Assembly: GCA_964419505.1 (NCBI GenBank)
Contig: CAYQPZ010000001.1
Location: 1-51,654 of the forward strand
From: an uncultured Candidatus Nitrosopelagicus sp.
GTDB lineage: Archaea; Thermoproteota; Nitrososphaeria; Nitrososphaerales; Nitrosopumilaceae
Direction of reading: 5' to 3'
DNA length: 51,654 nt
Numbering within the stretch: the first letter of the stretch is position 1; every line of letters begins with the position of its first letter. Made by a program: the position numbers and the translations under genes. Of the stretch, positions 31,091 through 40,058 are shown piece after piece. The notes beneath the pieces were generated by a model that saw only the letters and a program-made list of their open reading frames with translations, had not been told where the DNA came from and did not search any database.

Positions 31091-32011
31091 CTATTTTTTA
31101 GTTAAAACGAACATGTGAAAACAGTTATTCTTACCCATACTATTCAATTCAAAATCAAGGTAAGATCTTAAGATAGGAAAAATTTCAGAAACAACTCGTT
31201 TCTTTATTTTAGTTCTTTCACTTAATTTTAGCGTATTTGCCATTTCGATGATAAATGGGCTATATGGTCTCATCCCAATACTCCAGATTTTTGTCAGTTT
31301 TTCTGTGGCATAATTAGAATGATGTTCAATTTTTAGACCAACCTTTGAAAAAATTGTTTTCCATTTGGAAAGTGTATAACAGTGCTTGGTATTCTTATAG
31401 ATTCCTCGATCAAGAATCTTTGCCCATGTATATCCTCCTTTAAGAAATTGATTATAAATCAGCGAATCTTTAAATTTTTGATCTGGAACAAAAATTATTA
31501 TTTTGCCGCTCCGAGTGCATATTCTTTTAGCTTCCCTAAGTAGAGATTCAATATCATTTATCCAATAAAATGCATTACTAAAGATTGTTTCAAATTCTTC
31601 ATCTTCGAATGGAAGTGGATTATTACTATCATGCTGAATAAGTTTTTCGTATAGTTTCAGCTCATTTGCTTTTTTTAGAAGATTTGTTTTCCAATCTAAT
31701 CCAACATCTATCTTAATTTTTGTTTTATGGATAATTTTTGGTTTTATCTGTAGATTTTGATTATGTATATCAACTCCTTTAAAAAATCCTGATGTATTCT
31801 TGATAGATCTATAGACATCAAAAGCAGAATTTACTTTTCCTCCAAAATTCGTAAAACTAAAACTTCCATCACCACATCCTATGTCTATAATTGGTTTTTT
31901 GAATTTGATGCCTTTCATTTGTAATACATCTAATGTTCTCCAAAATGCTGTTTCAGGTCTTACCCAATACAGATTAAGAAAATTTTGAAGTATTTTCGAA
32001 GAATAGTCCAA
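31091..32011 (-). CDS. Class I SAM-dependent methyltransferase
   Basis: IIDIGCGDG, LPFEDEEFETIFSN. Confidence 0.85.
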   Translation of the reverse strand: MDYSSKILQNFLNLYWVRPETAFWRTLDVLQMKGIKFKKPIIDIGCGDGSFSFTNFGGKVNSAFDVYRSIKNTSGFFKGVDIHNQNLQIKPKIIHKTKIKIDVGLDWKTNLLKKANELKLYEKLIQHDSNNPLPFEDEEFETIFSNAFYWINDIESLLREAKRICTRSGKIIIFVPDQKFKDSLIYNQFLKGGYTWAKILDRGIYKNTKHCYTLSKWKTIFSKVGLKIEHHSNYATEKLTKIWSIGMRPYSPFIIEMANTLKLSERTKIKKRVVSEIFPILRSYLDFELNSMGKNNCFHMFVLTKK

Positions 32012-32072
32012 TAGTTCAGAAGAATTAACTCTACTTTAAAATGTTAATTATAAAATTACAAGGAAGTAATCA

Positions 32073-32735
32073 TTATGATTTTATTATATAGCATGGAGTC
32101 ATGGCAAAAGGAAATTTCTTTATTTCAACAGTTTTATTCTTAAAATATTCGTCAACTGCTTTTGTTTCTCCAGGATGAGTGCCATAATCATCAAGCATGA
32201 GTATACCTCCTTTTGTAATTCTTGGATAAAGATGTTCTAAAATGGTCACTGCTGGTTCATAGATATCTGTATCTAGGTTTAGGAGTGAGATCTTTAACTC
32301 GGGATTTGCTTTAACATATGATGGAATAGTTTCTGTAATATCACCTTCAATCAAATCTACATGCTTGTTTAATCCCTTATTATCCAAAATCTTTATGAGT
32401 TGTTCTTTAGAGATTGAATTAGCTCCAGCTGATTCAATGAATTTACTTCTTGCTTTATCATCATCCTGAAAAGATGTTTCAGGAAATTTACTAAAAGTAT
32501 CAAAACCAATAATTTTTTTTGAGAAGGGGTTTCCAAAAATCTCTCTAAACATTGCAAAGCGAAGGTAAGATGCACCCTTAAAAACTCCGCACTCTATAAT
32601 TTCTCCCGGCACCTCTTTAATCATTTTATAAATTTCATAATGAGATAATATCTTACTAATTCTTGTTATGCCACAAGAAAGATAAAAATTATTTTCATAT
32701 TCAAACGCTTTTTCAAAATTAGGTAATTCTATCAT
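32073..32735 (-). CDS. TylF/MycF/NovP-family sugar O-methyltransferase-like protein
   Basis: VPGEIIECGVFKG, GFDTF, LNLDTDIYEP, GGILMLDDY, GETKAVDEYF. Confidence 0.85.
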   Translation of the reverse strand: MIELPNFEKAFEYENNFYLSCGITRISKILSHYEIYKMIKEVPGEIIECGVFKGASYLRFAMFREIFGNPFSKKIIGFDTFSKFPETSFQDDDKARSKFIESAGANSISKEQLIKILDNKGLNKHVDLIEGDITETIPSYVKANPELKISLLNLDTDIYEPAVTILEHLYPRITKGGILMLDDYGTHPGETKAVDEYFKNKTVEIKKFPFAMTPCYIIKS

Positions 32736-32881
32736 TAATTTTTCAAAATCTGGTATCCTGTATTACTTTTAAAGTTAATTATACAAAATCAAGAGAAGAA
32801 GAATTTTAAATTTTTATTACGAGTACATTTCAAATATGTCTACAAGTTTTTTTAAAAACAGATAATTTAAAGTGAGGTAGA

Positions 32882-34234
32882 ATGATTAACAGTAAAAGAT
32901 TGAAACCAAATATTCTTTTTATTGTACTTGATGCATGTAGAGCAGATAAATTTTATAACAATAAGAATTTCAAAACCCCGGTAATTAATTCATTGATAAA
33001 ACATGGTGCATATTTTTCTCAAGCAATAAGTTCCACAGATTATACTATAAGTTCAATAAGTAGTATCTTTACAGCACGATATCCATTTGGAGTTGGAGAA
33101 ACTAAAGAATATTATAATAAAACTCACTCTGAATCAACAAGTTATATTACTAATTTGAAAAGTAATGGGTACAATTGTTATGCTACAATGCATTCTGCGT
33201 TAGATGCAATGGGATTTTCATCATATTTTGAAAATAATAATCAATCATATCAGGGTAAGGATGTTCAACTTCACTCTGGTTTGGGTGATAAAATTCTTGA
33301 AATGCTAAAACCAAATGTTATGAAATCTCCATGGATTTATTTTATTCATATACTTGCATTTCATCGTCCTATACGTGTTCCAGATTTTGAAAAAATGAGT
33401 ATAAATGAAAGATATGATTTGATGATGGAAATTGTTGATTCTTGGCTAGCAAAAATTTTAGATACAATTGATTTAGAAAACACCTTACTTGTAATTACAT
33501 CAGATCATGGTGATTATATACCAGTTGTTGATAACACTGCAAAACAATCAGGACCCATTATAGAAAAATCAAAATCATTCATCAAAAATTTTCTCCCAAA
33601 ATCGCAAGTCACTAATATTCACAAGAAAAAGAAAAAAATGCTTCGTCAGGTGCGCTCTTCAAAATTAAAAACTAGTTACGAAAAGCGTTCACTAAATGAA
33701 CGCCCTGATGAAAATCGTTTTCAATTTGACGAATTGGTTAGAGTTCCTTTACTTTTTGCCGGATATGGAGTTCCATCACGTGGTGTAATACCAGATCTTG
33801 TACGGAGTATTGATATTTTTCCTACAATTGAAAGCATCCTAAATCCACCTAATAAGAAATCGAATGTACATGGAAGAAGTCTATTTCCTCTTATTGAAAA
33901 TCAGCAGGTAGAAGAGATCCCTGTTTACATGGAAAGCACAACAATCCACACTGGTCAAAAATCTCCAAAAGCCGTAATAGGAATAAGAACATCATCTCAC
34001 AAATATTTTCGAAGTTTAAAAAACCCCGATGAGAATTGTCATCTATATGATCTCATATCTGATCCAACTGAAGAAAATAATTTAATTAATGAAGAACCAA
34101 ACATTGCTAAAAAAATGGAAGACTTACTTTATCATACTAGAGATGAGTTTCAATCTAATTTTGAAGAAGCTTCATTCACTGAAGAAGAGACTAAAAAAAT
34201 TGAAGCCGAATTAAAAAAGCTGGGATATATTTAA
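32882..34234 (+). CDS. Alkaline-phosphatase-superfamily ('sulfatase-like') transferase with LKKLGYI tail
   Basis: PNILFIVLDACRAD, STDYTISS, ITSDHG, RVPLLF, LYDLISDPTEENNL. Confidence 0.85.
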   Translation: MINSKRLKPNILFIVLDACRADKFYNNKNFKTPVINSLIKHGAYFSQAISSTDYTISSISSIFTARYPFGVGETKEYYNKTHSESTSYITNLKSNGYNCYATMHSALDAMGFSSYFENNNQSYQGKDVQLHSGLGDKILEMLKPNVMKSPWIYFIHILAFHRPIRVPDFEKMSINERYDLMMEIVDSWLAKILDTIDLENTLLVITSDHGDYIPVVDNTAKQSGPIIEKSKSFIKNFLPKSQVTNIHKKKKKMLRQVRSSKLKTSYEKRSLNERPDENRFQFDELVRVPLLFAGYGVPSRGVIPDLVRSIDIFPTIESILNPPNKKSNVHGRSLFPLIENQQVEEIPVYMESTTIHTGQKSPKAVIGIRTSSHKYFRSLKNPDENCHLYDLISDPTEENNLINEEPNIAKKMEDLLYHTRDEFQSNFEEASFTEEETKKIEAELKKLGYI

Positions 34235-34235
34235 T

Positions 34236-35360
34236 TTATGTTTGTAATTTTTGTAATTCATCCCATAGAAATTTTTCAATTTCTAAGTTAGTATCAATCA
34301 AATTATTTTCTTCACTAGGATCCTCTTTTAAATTATAAAGTTCTTTAGAATCATTATGTTCATTATAAATTAATTTCCAATTTGAGGTACGAACAGATTT
34401 TGTATTTGGGAATTTAGGTGGTGCTTTTTCATTCAATGGATTACCAGTTTCTGAATAAGCGATATTCTCTTCAGCCGTGTTATCTTTAATTAACGAGACT
34501 AATGATTTGCCGTCAATTGACTCAAAAGAGTCATCAATATCAATTCCAAGTAATTCTAAGATTGTTGGCATATAATCAACATGTCTTATTTGACTAGGGA
34601 TTGTTTTAGCGATTAATTCTTTTGAATATAAGTAGCCAAATGTTTTAATTGTATAATCATAACAAAATGCCCCATAAGCTCGCTCACCAAATTTCTCACC
34701 CACACTGATTCCGTGATCTGACAAAACTAGAATTATAGAATTATTAAAAAAATCTAAATTCTTAATTTTTTTTAGAATATTTTCTAAATACATTTCAGAT
34801 TCTTGGAATAATTTATCATATCTCTGTTCATTAAATTTTCTATTTTCAAAATATTCATTGTCAAAATTACTATATTTTTTTAGGACTTGATTCATAATTC
34901 CAGTATGTATCTTACTATAATGAAGATATAAAAAAAAGCTTATACCTTGTTCATTTTTTACTTTCATTTTATCAAGAAAACTTTCATGTAGTTCAACAAG
35001 ATTGACAGTATTTTCATCATGTATGTTGAATTCATCAAAACCATCTTTTGGAATTATTAATTCAGTATGACCATCTGCAAATGTATAGTAATTATTTTCC
35101 TTAAGATATTTTGCAAGTGTTTTAAATTTATTTTTTTTAAATTTGTACGTATGCCAATAGCTATATGTACCATTTCTATTTCCATATGCTCCACTTAGTA
35201 CAGCATGCATTGCAGCATTAGTATATGGTGCATATGTTATTGACTGAGGAAAAAAATTAAAATCGTCTTTTAAATTTTGAAAAATTTTAGATTGTTCTGC
35301 TTTATCTACTCTTCCTCCATCAATTAAGATCATAATAACATTTTTGACCAAAAAATTCAT
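34236..35360 (-). CDS. Alkaline-phosphatase-superfamily ('sulfatase-like') transferase
   Basis: ILIDGGRVD, APYTNAA, FLYLHY..IH, LSDHG, ELYNLKEDPSEENNL; ATG at 35360 fits TATA spacing. Confidence 0.85.
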   Translation of the reverse strand: MNFLVKNVIMILIDGGRVDKAEQSKIFQNLKDDFNFFPQSITYAPYTNAAMHAVLSGAYGNRNGTYSYWHTYKFKKNKFKTLAKYLKENNYYTFADGHTELIIPKDGFDEFNIHDENTVNLVELHESFLDKMKVKNEQGISFFLYLHYSKIHTGIMNQVLKKYSNFDNEYFENRKFNEQRYDKLFQESEMYLENILKKIKNLDFFNNSIILVLSDHGISVGEKFGERAYGAFCYDYTIKTFGYLYSKELIAKTIPSQIRHVDYMPTILELLGIDIDDSFESIDGKSLVSLIKDNTAEENIAYSETGNPLNEKAPPKFPNTKSVRTSNWKLIYNEHNDSKELYNLKEDPSEENNLIDTNLEIEKFLWDELQKLQT

Positions 35361-35432
35361 TGGACCCACAGATAAGTATTGTTTAAACCTACCTCAAAAA
35401 AAGTTAAAATTAGGACTATTGAAAAATTACAT
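35361..35432. promoter_or_regulatory. Putative compact bidirectional promoter
   Basis: TTTAAA at 35382-35387 (22-27 nt from the minus-strand ATG at 35360) and A-rich BRE plus TTAAAA near 35404-35409 (24-29 nt from the ATG at 35433). Confidence 0.45.
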
Positions 35433-36206
35433 ATGAGCACAATTTCTAATGAAGATATAAAAAATTTTGAAACTGATGGATTTTTGATTAAAAAAAATTT
35501 TTTCGATGAAGGTACAATAAATCAAATTAGAAATTGGGTTTATGAATATGCGGACAAACAAGTAGATGATTGGGAAATAGGTAAAGAAATGGCGTATTAT
35601 GAAACTAGTAAAAAAGACGGAACTAGGATATTAGCTAGAATCGAAAAATTCATTGATTATCACAATGGTTTCCAGAATTTAGTAAAATCAAAATACATGA
35701 CAGATTGTGTTGATGCATTAATGGGACAACCATCTATATTCTTTAAAGAAAAAATAAATTTTAAAAAAGTAGGTGGTGGTGGATTTAATCCTCATCAAGA
35801 TCAAATTTCACGGTGGGAAACATATGCAAAACATTTCATAAATGTCTTGATTTGTACCGATGAAAGTACAATAGAGAATGGATGTCTTGAAGTATCTGCT
35901 GGATTTCATAAAATGGGGTTGTTAGGTCCAGTGGATCAACCAATTCCACAAAACTGGCTTGAAAAGATGAATTTTCTTCCTGTCATATCATCAATAGGTG
36001 ATGCCATATTTTTTGATGGATTTACTCCTCATCAATCCAAAGATAATAAATCAAAACATCCTAGAACTAATGTATATCTAACTTACAATAGACTTTCTGA
36101 AGGAGATAACAGGGAATCATATTTTGCAAGAAAGCGAAAAGAGCTACCTCCTGACAATGAACGAAAATCTGATTTCAAAGATAGTCCACTTCATGATTAT
36201 AAATAA
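35433..36206 (+). CDS. PhyH-family Fe(II)/2OG dioxygenase, PhnY-like (candidate phosphonate hydroxylase)
   Basis: FKEKINFK..GGGGFNPHQD, DESTIENGCLEV, TPHQSKDN, R..YLTYN..SEGD.R..YF..KR...PP resemble PhnY-type enzymes; adjacent to phosphonate genes. Confidence 0.8.
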   Translation: MSTISNEDIKNFETDGFLIKKNFFDEGTINQIRNWVYEYADKQVDDWEIGKEMAYYETSKKDGTRILARIEKFIDYHNGFQNLVKSKYMTDCVDALMGQPSIFFKEKINFKKVGGGGFNPHQDQISRWETYAKHFINVLICTDESTIENGCLEVSAGFHKMGLLGPVDQPIPQNWLEKMNFLPVISSIGDAIFFDGFTPHQSKDNKSKHPRTNVYLTYNRLSEGDNRESYFARKRKELPPDNERKSDFKDSPLHDYK

Positions 36207-36221
36207 CAGACAAAATTATTT

Positions 36222-36971
36222 TTAATTATATTTTTTTCTTGCATTCTCAAGATCTTGGAATGTATCAATCTCACACCAATCTCCATTAATAAAAATTGGC
36301 TCCACAGGAATATTTTGATCAATTAATTCTTGTATCATATCCGTTAAATAGGATTTTTCAAATATTGATGCATCATGAAATGGCTGTGGCTTAATTTTTT
36401 CAACTCTATTAAATTCCATTACAAATCTTTCTGAACCCTTTTCAGAAAATTTCATAATTCCTATAAATTCACCATCTTTCTGATTTTCTAATATTTTTGG
36501 AATATTTTTTTTAATTTCAACAATAGTATTATTTTCAATTATTACATTGTCTGCTTCTGATTTTGGATGTTCTGTTCTATTTTCATAATTTTTTTCCCAA
36601 TTCATTTCTATGGCTATTCCAATATCTACTTTCGACTTTATAATTTGTTGAAGTATATCTTCATCAAATAAAACATCAGAGTAAATAGTAATTACTTCTC
36701 CCTTAATTTCATTTTTTGCTACCATTAAACTAAAAAGTACATCATGTTTTTCGTATTCTAAATCGTTAACAAATCTAACTTCATCATATCTAAATTGTTC
36801 TTTATGTGGTCCAGTAATTATTATAATATCATTAATACCATTATTTCTCAAAATTTTTATTTGTCTATCCATGATAGTTTTTCCATTAATATTCAATAAT
36901 CCTTTAGGTAACTTTTTTGTATGTGGTTTTAATCTTGTTGCAGAACCAGCAGAAATTATTATTGCTTTCAT
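36222..36971 (-). CDS. LicC/PntC-family cytidylyltransferase (probable phosphonate activation)
   Basis: MKAIIISAGSATRL, LPKGLL, IYSDVLF, GEFIGI, WCEIDT.QDL; last gene of the pepM-ppd operon. Confidence 0.85.
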   Translation of the reverse strand: MKAIIISAGSATRLKPHTKKLPKGLLNINGKTIMDRQIKILRNNGINDIIIITGPHKEQFRYDEVRFVNDLEYEKHDVLFSLMVAKNEIKGEVITIYSDVLFDEDILQQIIKSKVDIGIAIEMNWEKNYENRTEHPKSEADNVIIENNTIVEIKKNIPKILENQKDGEFIGIMKFSEKGSERFVMEFNRVEKIKPQPFHDASIFEKSYLTDMIQELIDQNIPVEPIFINGDWCEIDTFQDLENARKKYN

Positions 36972-36972
36972 A

Positions 36973-37527
36973 TTATTTCAGAAGTGATTTTATTACTCTA
37001 TCCCTAATAGTTTTAGGTTTTAGTCTAACTCTTTTGCTTCTTTCCTTACTTTGTGTAATTTTCACTAAAAGAAATGTTGGGCCCTGATTTTTCTTTATGT
37101 TTTTTAAAACTGAAAGTAATCTAACTTTTGATTTTATTATAGATACTTTGTAATCTAACTCCCTTGCAATTTTTCCTAAATTCACTTTGGCTGTACTAGT
37201 GGGTTGTCCTCCAGTCGATTCATGACTATTATTATCAAATATTATGTGCACCAAATTTTTTGGTTTTAAGCTACCTATTGTTACCAGTGAGCCTAAATTC
37301 ATTAGAATATTCCCATCACCATCAAAAACATAAACCATCTTTTTTGGATTTTTTAATGCAATTCCCAATCCAATTGATGATGCAAGACCCATCGAGCCTA
37401 TCATATAGAAATTTGATTCTTTATCGTTAATTTCGAATAGATCTCTACTCATAAAACCATTAGCGGATACAATTGGATTTTTTCCAATATATTCTGCAAT
37501 AATTCTAACAGCTTCTTTTCTAATCAT
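36973..37527 (-). CDS. ppd: Phosphonopyruvate decarboxylase, beta (ThDP-binding) subunit
   Basis: FYMIGSMGLASSIGLG, DGDGNILMN, DNNSHESTGGQ; downstream of pepM. Confidence 0.85.
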   Translation of the reverse strand: MIRKEAVRIIAEYIGKNPIVSANGFMSRDLFEINDKESNFYMIGSMGLASSIGLGIALKNPKKMVYVFDGDGNILMNLGSLVTIGSLKPKNLVHIIFDNNSHESTGGQPTSTAKVNLGKIARELDYKVSIIKSKVRLLSVLKNIKKNQGPTFLLVKITQSKERSKRVRLKPKTIRDRVIKSLLK

Positions 37528-38008
37528 GAAACGTCCTCCTAATTACAAGCACACATGGTTTTTTTTCTTTAATCTGTTTTAATGCCCAATCACAGGTTAT
37601 CTTCCAATTTTTTTCTGTAATTATTTTGGATTTTAATCCAATAATTTTCAGAAGATCAGGCTGAATTTTGCCAATTTTTAGGTGTTCTGGAGCATCATCG
37701 GGAAGATAGCCTCTCCAACCAATAAGAAAAATCATTGGAATTTCATAAAGTTGTACTAAAGAAGTGATTGTACTGATCGAGTTAGCAAATCCTGCATTTT
37801 GCATAAAAACTAATGAAGAACTTTTAGAAAGAGTCATTCCCGTAGCAATTCCTATTGCCTCTTCTTCTCTAGTTGAAATAATTATTCTGTTGTTTTTTTG
37901 ACATTCATCAATAAAGTGTTTTAATGTAGAATCAGGAACTCCTATAAAATTCTCTATTTTATTTTTCTTTAAATAATGAAATATCCTACGTTGTACTTTT
38001 TCATTCAA
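37520..38008 (-). CDS. ppd: Phosphonopyruvate decarboxylase, alpha subunit
   Basis: GVPDSTL, REEEAIGIA, MQNAG..N, GWRG...DAPEH. Confidence 0.85.
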   Translation of the reverse strand: MNEKVQRRIFHYLKKNKIENFIGVPDSTLKHFIDECQKNNRIIISTREEEAIGIATGMTLSKSSSLVFMQNAGFANSISTITSLVQLYEIPMIFLIGWRGYLPDDAPEHLKIGKIQPDLLKIIGLKSKIITEKNWKITCDWALKQIKEKKPCVLVIRRTFHD

Positions 38009-38904
38009 TTTATGTATCCTAATTTTTTTAGATGTTTCTCAATGTCTATTTCTTGTTTTTTAACTTCATACATTTCTTGAAGATGAAAAATATCTTCCAT
38101 AGCAGTCATTTTTGTTTCAACATCACTAAGACTTTTTGCTATAGATAATTTACCTAGATGTTCAGCCATAGCCCAATGGGATGCACGTAGTGATTGATTT
38201 GCATAAATCACCATTTTCACTTTATGATTTTGAAGTTCATCTAATGTTACATTTGGGTATGATGTGGGAATGGCAATTATGGGAATTTTTCCATCCCATA
38301 TGTCACAAAATTCAAAAATTTCATCTGGAGTATTCTTTTTTGAATGAATTAAAATTGCATCAGCTCCTGCTTTTTCATATGCATCTGCTCTTTTTATTGC
38401 TTCATCAACACCTAATCCTGCAATTAATGCCTCAACTCTAGCTATAATCATAAAATTTTCATTCATTTTGGAATTTTTTGCAGCTATAATTTTTGCAACA
38501 AAATCTTTTTCCGATAATAGTTTTTGATTTCCATCTTCTAGAAGACTATTCTGTTTAGGAAAAATTTTATCTTCTATACTTATTGCGGCAATTCCAGCAC
38601 TTTCATATTTTTTTACCATATGACTGACATTACTGGGTCCGCCAAATCCTGTGTCACAATCAGCAATAACTGGAATTGAACAAGCATCAGTCATATTGGA
38701 TGCAACTGATAAAAATTCTGTCATGGTAAGTATACTTGCGTCTGGTAAAGCGTGAGTTGCAGAGATGGCGAAACTACCTGCCCAAATAGCATCAAAGTTA
38801 TTGATTTCCACTAATTTTGCAGACATTGCATCAAATGCACCAGCAACTCTCAAAATTTTATTTTGTTTTAATTTTGAATGTAAAATATCTGCTCCATCAT
38901 TCAT
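38005..38904 (-). CDS. pepM: Phosphoenolpyruvate phosphomutase
   Basis: Diagnostic EDK-X5-NS (EDKIFPKQNS), ADCDTGFG, IARVEALI, GADAILIHS, IYANQ. Confidence 0.95.
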   Translation of the reverse strand: MNDGADILHSKLKQNKILRVAGAFDAMSAKLVEINNFDAIWAGSFAISATHALPDASILTMTEFLSVASNMTDACSIPVIADCDTGFGGPSNVSHMVKKYESAGIAAISIEDKIFPKQNSLLEDGNQKLLSEKDFVAKIIAAKNSKMNENFMIIARVEALIAGLGVDEAIKRADAYEKAGADAILIHSKKNTPDEIFEFCDIWDGKIPIIAIPTSYPNVTLDELQNHKVKMVIYANQSLRASHWAMAEHLGKLSIAKSLSDVETKMTAMEDIFHLQEMYEVKKQEIDIEKHLKKLGYIN

Positions 38905-39005
38905 GTAAATTTTGCAATTTTTAATGATTAAAAGATATTTTGTGGACAGATTTCATGTTTAGGCATAATTTAATCTATAATAGTAGCCTACGAATTTTGC
39001 TTTAT

Positions 39006-39971
39006 ATGTGAACCATAAAACAGCCGCCAAAAATCATTTTTGGAAAAAATTCTGTTAATGAATTTTCATTTCCTGATAAATGTCTAGTAATCACATCAAA
39101 AGGAGCAAGATCACGAGGATGGCTGGCATACACTGGACTGGATGATCAGATAGTTTTTGATAATGTAGAATCTAATCCATCATTAAAAACAACTGAAGAA
39201 ATTATCTCTCATTTTCAAGATTATGACTTTAGTCATGTTGTTGGAATAGGTGGTGGAAGTTCGATGGATGTTGCAAAATTTTGTGCATTTAAAATGAACA
39301 AAAAAAAGATTATGATTCCAACAACTTTTGGAAGTGGTAGTGAAGTAACACGAATTTCTGTACTGAAAGTTGATGGAAAAAAACAAAGTTTTCATAATGA
39401 CGATTATTTTGCAGATGTTGCAATTGTAGATCCGCATTTCATCATTAACACTTCTTACGAAATAATCAAAAACTCAGCAATGGATGCATGTGCTCAATGT
39501 TCTGAAGCATTTGATAGTCTAAATGGTAATCAATACACAAGATTTCTTTGTGAAAAAGCATTTGTTCATCTTGAAAATTCTATATTAAATGATAAATTTG
39601 ATGAACTCCCTTATGGTTCTTTATTGACTGGATTAGGATTTGGAAATAGTTCCACTACCTTGGGTCATGCTCTTTCGTATGTATTCTCAAATGAAGGATA
39701 CTCACATGGTCATGCATTAGCGTTTACTACTACTATTGCTCACAAATTTAACCGGTCAAAATTTTATGAACGATTTAAAAATATTGTTAAAAAATTAGAT
39801 TTTAAACAGATTAATTTACAACAAAATCTTGAGGAAGCTAGTGACTTAATTTTACAAGATAGAAAACACCTAGATAACAATCCTACACCTATTTCCAAGA
39901 AAAATATCATGTTTTTACTCGAACAAATTCAAAGTGGTGATTTTGACTTGAGTAAAAATAATCATGATTAA
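39006..39971 (+). pseudogene. Iron-dependent alcohol dehydrogenase (phosphonoacetaldehyde reductase, Pdh-like) with TGA at codon 2: pseudogene, read error or ATA start
   Basis: The frame upstream of the called ORF (39264) reads ATG TGA ACC ATA... = M*TIKQPPKIIFGKNS...VESNP...GIGGGSSMDVAK; then PTTFGSGSEVT, GHALSY, HGHA. Confidence 0.75.
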
Positions 39972-40058
39972 CATATTTGAATGAAATATACCAAATTATT
40001 TTAAAAACGATTATGTCCACAAATACTACAATAATCTGTAGCCACTGTTTGGTTCATC

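Noticed and set aside
35433-36206. Methylphosphonate synthase (MpnS) or catabolic PhnY/PhnZ pair
   Set aside because: It is a ~257-aa PhyH-type protein with a 2OG-binding Arg, unlike the larger 2OG-independent MpnS/HEPD. No PhnZ or phosphonate transporter is in the window.
36973-38008. Sulfopyruvate decarboxylase ComDE (coenzyme M synthesis)
   Set aside because: Same split architecture, but the genes overlap a bona fide pepM and no comABC is present.
38005-38904. Isocitrate or methylisocitrate lyase
   Set aside because: It has the PepM-specific EDK-X5-NS rather than the KKCGH/KRCGH motif.
39009-39011. Selenocysteine or alternative-code readthrough of the TGA
   Set aside because: Codon 2 is not a catalytic position, and TGA is a normal stop in many genes of this window.
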